The notes under the pieces: generated by a model
Seen by the model: only the letters and a program-made list of their open reading frames with translations
Database searches by the model: none
Told to the model about the DNA's origin: nothing
Part shown: positions 58,819-64,000 of the stretch, in pieces
Position numbering within the stretch: position 1 is the stretch's first letter
How the letters are laid out: every line of letters begins with the position of its first letter
Origin: Candidatus Limnocylindrales bacterium
GTDB taxonomy: Bacteria > Moduliflexota > Moduliflexia > Moduliflexales > JAUQPW01
Assembly (NCBI GenBank): GCA_035559535.1
Contig: DATMBG010000051.1
Location: 186,001 to 250,000 of the forward strand
Reading direction: 5' to 3'
DNA: 64,000 nt
Made by a program: the position numbers and the translations under genes

Positions 58819-60699
58819 ATGTACAAAAAAATCTACGTTCCCCTGGATAATTCAGAGCACTCCAATGCCTGCGTTGATTTTTCTGTAGCTCTGGCAAAAC
58901 ATTTTGGATCTCAGTTAGTAGGAAGCCATGTTTATGCGGCCAGAATGCACGATATACGGTTTAGACAAATGGAATATACTTTACCTGAGGAATATCAGGA
59001 TGAGCAGGAACTGGAACGGCAGAGAAAAATTCACGATAGCCTTATAACGATGGGCCTACAACTCATTTCAGATTCTTATCTGGATGTCATGGCCCGAATT
59101 ACGGAGAAAGAAGGGTTATCCTTTGAAAAAAAAATGTACGATGGGAAAAATTTTCAGGTCATCGTAGACGACATCCAGAACAGCGATTATGACCTGGTCG
59201 TTATTGGAGCTTTAGGAATGGGAGCCGTTAAGGATAGTCAGATTGGGAGTGTCTGTGAGCGGGTCGTCCGTCGGATTAAGGTTGATACCTTCGTTATCAA
59301 AAATACGCTTCCCTTACAAGAACAAACCGGGAATATCCTTGTTGCCGTGGATGGAAGCCCCCAATCCTTTGCAGGCCTCAAGACCGCCGTTGAACTCGGT
59401 AAAGCTTTTCAGAGGTCTGTGGAAGCTGTGGCTGTTTATGATCCTTATTTACACTATGCCATGTTCAACAGCATTGTAGGGGTTCTCTCTGAAAAGGCAG
59501 CCAAGGTCTTCAAATTTAAAGAACAGGAACAACTCCATGAAGAAGTCATTGATACGGGATTAGCCAAGATTTATCAATCCCACCTGGAAATTGCTCGAAA
59601 CGTGGCGAAGGAAGAGGGGATCGACTTAAAGATCACTCTATTGGACGGTAAAGCCTTTGAAAAAATTTTAAAGTATGTCCGAAGGGAAAAACCCTGGTTA
59701 CTGGTGGTGGGTCGGATCGGTGTACATAGTGATGATAACATGGACATTGGAAGTACTACCGAAAATCTTCTTCGACTGGTTCCCTGCAATGTTTTAATCT
59801 CCAGCAGGAAGTTCATCCCCCCCATTGATATTAAGGCCGAGGCCAGTATTGTCTGGACCGAAGAGGCCAATCAGAGAATGGAACGGGTTCCGGCCATGGT
59901 TCGAGGAATTGCACGAACTGCCGTTTTAAGATATGCCATGGAGCGCGGACACTCCATCATAAGTTCCAGTGTTATTGATGAGACCATGCGCGCTGTTTTA
60001 CCGGAAGGAATGGTCCGGGCTATGGGGCTTGCCGCGGAAACCATCGCCGTAGAAAAGGGTCGGCTAACAGAAGGTACAACTTACATTTGCCGATACTGTG
60101 GGTATGCAGCCAAAAATGTACGTCCCCTCAATTGCCCTGTGTGCCATGCTAATGCCGATCAATTTGAAAAAGTTGATAAAGTAGCCATCGAGTCCCTGGC
60201 CCCCCTGGAAGGAGGGGTTGAAGAGGAAGAAACCTTCGATGGGATTAAATTGAGCTGGACCCAGGAGGCTAAAGAGCTTTTAAGAACGGTTCCTTCGGGC
60301 TATATGAGACGAAGGGCCAAAGCCCGGATCGAAAAATCCGCCCGGGTTCGTAAACTGACCACCATCACCAGGGATCTGGCTGCTCAGGTTATCGAACAAA
60401 CTTTGGAAGAAGATCGCCTGGGTCGAGAACCCGAGTCAGAAAAGGAAAAGAAAGGAAAAGATGTTACCTCTTCCCCATCCGATCCTTCGGCTGAATTAAC
60501 CTGGACCGAAGCTGCCATAGAACGCCTGAATCGAGTTCCTGCCGGATTTATGCGAAATATTACCAGGGATAAAATCGAAGGAGTGGCCCGCGAAAAAGGT
60601 TTGAGGCAAATTACTTTGGAAGTCACCGAAGAGGGTATTGGAATAGCCAGAAAAATGATGGAAGAGGCCATCGGAAATTATACCAAGGGCAACTCTTAA
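58819..60699 (+). CDS. Tandem universal stress protein domains + 3 PCP_red domains + rubredoxin-like CxxC pair
   Basis: IYVPLDNS...GSVCERV; ILVAVDGS...GSTTENL; three WT.EA...R.P repeats; CRYC...CPVC. Confidence 0.88.
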   Translation: MYKKIYVPLDNSEHSNACVDFSVALAKHFGSQLVGSHVYAARMHDIRFRQMEYTLPEEYQDEQELERQRKIHDSLITMGLQLISDSYLDVMARITEKEGLSFEKKMYDGKNFQVIVDDIQNSDYDLVVIGALGMGAVKDSQIGSVCERVVRRIKVDTFVIKNTLPLQEQTGNILVAVDGSPQSFAGLKTAVELGKAFQRSVEAVAVYDPYLHYAMFNSIVGVLSEKAAKVFKFKEQEQLHEEVIDTGLAKIYQSHLEIARNVAKEEGIDLKITLLDGKAFEKILKYVRREKPWLLVVGRIGVHSDDNMDIGSTTENLLRLVPCNVLISSRKFIPPIDIKAEASIVWTEEANQRMERVPAMVRGIARTAVLRYAMERGHSIISSSVIDETMRAVLPEGMVRAMGLAAETIAVEKGRLTEGTTYICRYCGYAAKNVRPLNCPVCHANADQFEKVDKVAIESLAPLEGGVEEEETFDGIKLSWTQEAKELLRTVPSGYMRRRAKARIEKSARVRKLTTITRDLAAQVIEQTLEEDRLGREPESEKEKKGKDVTSSPSDPSAELTWTEAAIERLNRVPAGFMRNITRDKIEGVAREKGLRQITLEVTEEGIGIARKMMEEAIGNYTKGNS

Positions 60700-60805
60700 A
60701 GTGAGCTAAAGTGCCTAAAGCGGCTAAAGTATAAAATTAATTTTAGCTCCCTTTAGGCACTTTAAGGCACTTAAAAACTTAAAACACCTTAAGGTACTTA
60801 CATAA

Positions 60806-61696
60806 ATGAAAAAATATAGAGACATCGTGGGGGATGGAGGATCTAATATCCTCGGCCAAGTCGGGCAACAGATGAATCGGTTAAAAGCCCGGATGGATAA
60901 AATCCGCCATAAGGTGGCTATTATGAGCGGAAAGGGAGGGGTTGGCAAAAGTTCCATTACCGCCAATCTGGCCGTTCTTCTTTCTTTAGAAGGGTATTCC
61001 GTTGGAGTCCTGGATGCAGATATCAACGGGCCTTCCCTGGCTAAAATGATGGGAGCTCGCGGGCAGAAACTCAAAACCACCCAAGAAGGTGTTCAACCTG
61101 CTCGGGGTTTTCTGAATATCCCGGTTATGTCCATGGACCTCTTTCTCCCCACCGATGAAACTCCTGTTATATGGGAGGCACCTACGCAACAGGACTCCTT
61201 CACTTGGCGAGGAAGCATGGAAGTAACAGCCCTGCGAGAGTTTCTCTCGGATACAAACTGGGGAAACCTGGATTTTCTACTCCTGGACCTCCCACCGGGT
61301 ACAGATCGCCTCCCCAATATCGTAGAATTGCTTCCAGACCTGGGAGGAACCTTGATTGTTACCATCCCTTCGGAAGTCTCCCAACTGGTCGTCAAAAAAT
61401 CCATCTCCGTTGCCAAAAACATATTGAAAACTCCTGTGATCGGACTGGTAGAAAATATGGCGGGTTATGTTTGCTCCCACTGCGGTACTTTAGGAGAGCT
61501 ATTTCCCTCTGGAGATGTAAAAGAATGGGTCCAATCCTTAGAGATTCCCTTTTTAGGAGAAATACCCTTTGATCCCCGTATCTCAACCTCTGCCGATTCA
61601 GGTACTCCCTTTCTGCTGGAATACCCAGATTCACTGACCGGACAGGCTTTCAGGGAGATTGGAAAAAAAGTGAAGGAGTTTTTTAAAGTAAGCTAA
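60806..61696 (+). CDS. Mrp/NBP35 family P-loop ATPase (Fe-S carrier-like)
   Basis: SGKGGVGKS, DADINGPS, WRG, DLPPGT, ENMAGYVCSHCG, LGEIPFD. Confidence 0.93.
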   Translation: MKKYRDIVGDGGSNILGQVGQQMNRLKARMDKIRHKVAIMSGKGGVGKSSITANLAVLLSLEGYSVGVLDADINGPSLAKMMGARGQKLKTTQEGVQPARGFLNIPVMSMDLFLPTDETPVIWEAPTQQDSFTWRGSMEVTALREFLSDTNWGNLDFLLLDLPPGTDRLPNIVELLPDLGGTLIVTIPSEVSQLVVKKSISVAKNILKTPVIGLVENMAGYVCSHCGTLGELFPSGDVKEWVQSLEIPFLGEIPFDPRISTSADSGTPFLLEYPDSLTGQAFREIGKKVKEFFKVS

Positions 61697-61813
61697 AATG
61701 TCTAAAACGTCTAAGGGTCTTTTAACTTTCATTTTCTGGAGCCCCCTTAGAGGACTCAAAAACTTAAAACCTCTTAGCCCGGTTTAAACACTTTAGCTTG
61801 CTTATTTCCAGTT

Positions 61814-62365
61814 ATGAAATTTCTTTGTGTCGATTGTGATGAGCCTATGAAAATCAAGAGAACTGAGGGGCCTGAAGAGGGGTCCTTAACGGTTATATTT
61901 GGTTGCCCTATTTGTCAAAGGGATATCGCTTTATTGACAAATCCCTGGGAAACTCAATTGCTCAGATCCATGGACATAAAAGTAGGGGGAAAGACGGTCC
62001 CGGCGGAACCTATGTCCATGATTCGAACAACTTTAGCCCAAAAGCGCGAAGAAAGTAAGGATAAACAAACCGTCTTGGGCCCGGCATTGGAAACCCAGAA
62101 TCAGAAGGATCAGGAACTTCAAACCTTGGATTCCGGACCGGGTTGCCCTTTTTCGCAAATAGTGTCCGATGCCTTTGCCCATAATACCTCTTCATCTGGT
62201 AAAGAGCCTGTTTGGACCGCAGAAGCTGAGAAACGGCTAGAACGGATTCCAGGCTTTGTAAGGCCTATGGTAAAAAAGGGTGTTGAGATGTACGCCAGGG
62301 AACGGGGCTATAGCGAAATAAATGAAGCCGTTATGGATGAAGCTAGAGGAAGATTCGGCATGTGA
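61814..62365 (+). CDS. Zn-ribbon (CxxC...CxxC) + GCPF + PCP_red domain protein
   Basis: MKFLCVDCDEPM, CPIC, GCPFS, WTAEAEKRLERIPGFVRPMVKKGVEMYARERG. Confidence 0.85.
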   Translation: MKFLCVDCDEPMKIKRTEGPEEGSLTVIFGCPICQRDIALLTNPWETQLLRSMDIKVGGKTVPAEPMSMIRTTLAQKREESKDKQTVLGPALETQNQKDQELQTLDSGPGCPFSQIVSDAFAHNTSSSGKEPVWTAEAEKRLERIPGFVRPMVKKGVEMYARERGYSEINEAVMDEARGRFGM

Positions 62366-62373
62366 GATAAGTT

Positions 62374-62880
62374 ATGAGCTATCTGGCTATTTTCATTCTC
62401 TGGTTACATGTTTTAGCAGTTATTACCTGGATTGGGGGAATGATTTTCACGCTGGTAACCCTTGTCCCTAATCTGAAAACGCCTTTGTCCATTGAACAAC
62501 TACGGCTTTTTCAGAATGCCCAGACCCGATTTCACTTCCTTGCGGCAAGGGCCGCCGAAATTATTGTGCTGACCGGTATTTTCAATGTGCTGATTCGTGG
62601 ATATTATTCTCAATTTCAATATTCCCCGGCTTATATGTGGATACTTACCTTAAAAATCATCCTCCTCGGAGTGATGATTGCGATCCGGGTGATAAGTTCC
62701 CGTACGGCGGTTTCGAAGATCAGTGATTTTCTTTTGACCCTCCCACCTGCTAAACAGTTCACCGACCAAATACCCGATTCTATTATGCAATTACAACGAA
62801 AGTCCCAATATTTCTTGATGATTAATACGGTGCTTGGGATGGTCGTTCTGTTTCTGGCTCTCATGCTCAGGAATTTTTGA
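62374..62880 (+). CDS. Four-TM membrane protein, CopD/DUF4149-like
   Basis: WLHVLAVITWIGGMIF, LTGIFN, LTLKIIL. Confidence 0.75.
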   Translation: MSYLAIFILWLHVLAVITWIGGMIFTLVTLVPNLKTPLSIEQLRLFQNAQTRFHFLAARAAEIIVLTGIFNVLIRGYYSQFQYSPAYMWILTLKIILLGVMIAIRVISSRTAVSKISDFLLTLPPAKQFTDQIPDSIMQLQRKSQYFLMINTVLGMVVLFLALMLRNF

Positions 62881-62982
62881 GGTGGGAAGATGTCCTGTTG
62901 AATACCTCTACAGCCGGGGAGCCCAACTTAAAAAGTAACGGGAGGTCCTCATTTAATTCCTAAATTTAAAAATCGAAAAATT

Positions 62983-64000
62983 ATGGAGTATAGAGTTCAC
63001 ACCATCTCCTGGAACATTACCAAACGATGCAATATCCAGTGTGCCCATTGTTATCTGGATGCTGCCTACAGAACCGGGGAACGGATCGGGGAATTAAGTA
63101 CCGAAGAATGCTTCCGAATTATTGACCAGATTGAAGAGGTAAATCCCCATGCTTTATTGATTCTGACGGGAGGAGAACCTCTATTAAGAAAGGATATTTT
63201 TGAGATTGCCCGCTACGCTTCGCAGAAAAAATTTATGGTCGTTATCGGAACGAACGGGACCATTCTCAATGATAAACTGGTACAGAAAATGGTGGCGGCG
63301 GGAGTTAAAGGGGTCAGTATCAGTCTTCATTCGGTAAGACCGGAAGCCCATGACCACTTTACCCAGGTTCCTGGATCCTGGCAAAAAGCAGTCCGAGGGG
63401 CTCAAGTCCTCAAGAGGAATCAGGTGGAGTTTATTATCCAGACTTCTACCATGTCCTGGAATTACGATGAAATCCCCAGGATTGTGGATTTTGCCTATGA
63501 ACTGGGGGCCCGGTTTTTCAACCTTTACTTTCTTGTGTGTACCGGTCGAGGCCAGGGACTTAGTGGAAAGGATATTAGCGAAGCCCGGTATGAAGCCATG
63601 CTGGTGCAGGTATTTGAGATGCAAAAGAAGTATCAGGGTAAAATGCTTATCAGTGCCAAGTGTACCCCTCAATATAAACGGATTGTTTACGAAGCTGATC
63701 CCAACTCTCCTTACCTCAAGAGCTACTCAGGCGGCTGTCCGGCAGCTACCCACTATGCCCAGATTACTCCCACCGGGGAAGTAACCCCCTGTCCTTATAT
63801 GTCTATTCCCTTAGGAAATGTCAGAAAGAAATCCTTTGCCGAGATCTGGCATACCTCACCCCTTCTTAATCAGCTTCGAGATCGAAAACTTCTCCAGGGA
63901 AGGTGTGGAAGTTGCGAATTTAAGGTGGTTTGTAGTGGATGTCGGGCCAGGGCTTTTGCAGAGACGGGTAACTACCTTGCCGAAGATCCCTCCTGTCAGT
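62983..64000 (+). CDS. Radical SAM/SPASM protein, AhbC/AhbD/NirJ-like (3' truncated by window; absent from ORF track)
   Basis: Own translation: MEYRVHTISWNITKRCNIQCAHCYLDA, LTGGEPLLRKDIFEI, LVCTGRG, GCPAA...ITPTGEVTPCPY, CGSCEFKVVCSGCRARA. Confidence 0.9.
   Translation, partial: MEYRVHTISWNITKRCNIQCAHCYLDAAYRTGERIGELSTEECFRIIDQIEEVNPHALLILTGGEPLLRKDIFEIARYASQKKFMVVIGTNGTILNDKLVQKMVAAGVKGVSISLHSVRPEAHDHFTQVPGSWQKAVRGAQVLKRNQVEFIIQTSTMSWNYDEIPRIVDFAYELGARFFNLYFLVCTGRGQGLSGKDISEARYEAMLVQVFEMQKKYQGKMLISAKCTPQYKRIVYEADPNSPYLKSYSGGCPAATHYAQITPTGEVTPCPYMSIPLGNVRKKSFAEIWHTSPLLNQLRDRKLLQGRCGSCEFKVVCSGCRARAFAETGNYLAEDPSCQ

Noticed and set aside
58819-62365. Chlorophyll biosynthesis (DPOR) genes suggested by PCP_red domains
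   Set aside because: Only the small C-terminal domain is present; no nitrogenase-like BchN/BchB core, and the ATPase is Mrp-type, not BchL
63184-63784. Track ORFs 63184-63672 (-) and 63350-63784 (+)
   Set aside because: Shadow frames of the radical SAM gene starting at 62983, which the track omitted because it has no stop in the window

Overview
Bacterial chromosomal window of moderate GC with no rRNA, tRNA, CRISPR array or intact mobile element that I can support. From left to right it contains: (1) the murJ 3' end, a DUF58 + transglutaminase pair and recA; (2) a REP-rich, largely non-coding stretch (about 7.8-12.7 kb) with two GTAG-type REP families, an IS110 transposase remnant and an orphan two-gene operon; (3) assorted metabolic and transport genes (HAD, APC transporter, amidohydrolase, GH172, CoA ligase/crotonase, B12 radical SAM, sugar ABC, diheme peroxidase); (4) a roughly 19 kb eukaryote-like signalling/proteolysis region (SH3-FGE, M48-TPR, TPR-CHAT, membrane J-protein, Ser/Thr kinase-TPR-14xWD40, FHA-GAF-cyclase-PP2C, a degenerate FHA-GAF-cyclase paralog, FHA-Zn finger-kinase); (5) a b6-type split Rieske/cytochrome b complex with an unlisted 55-aa subunit and an octaheme cytochrome c, followed by a USP/PCP_red, Mrp, Zn-ribbon/PCP_red, membrane protein and heme radical SAM/SPASM cluster. 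The best candidates for an undescribed system are the PCP_red/Mrp/radical SAM cluster (a possible maturation module for the complex) and the kinase/cyclase/phosphatase operon. All functional calls come from motif recognition by eye; no database searches were run.
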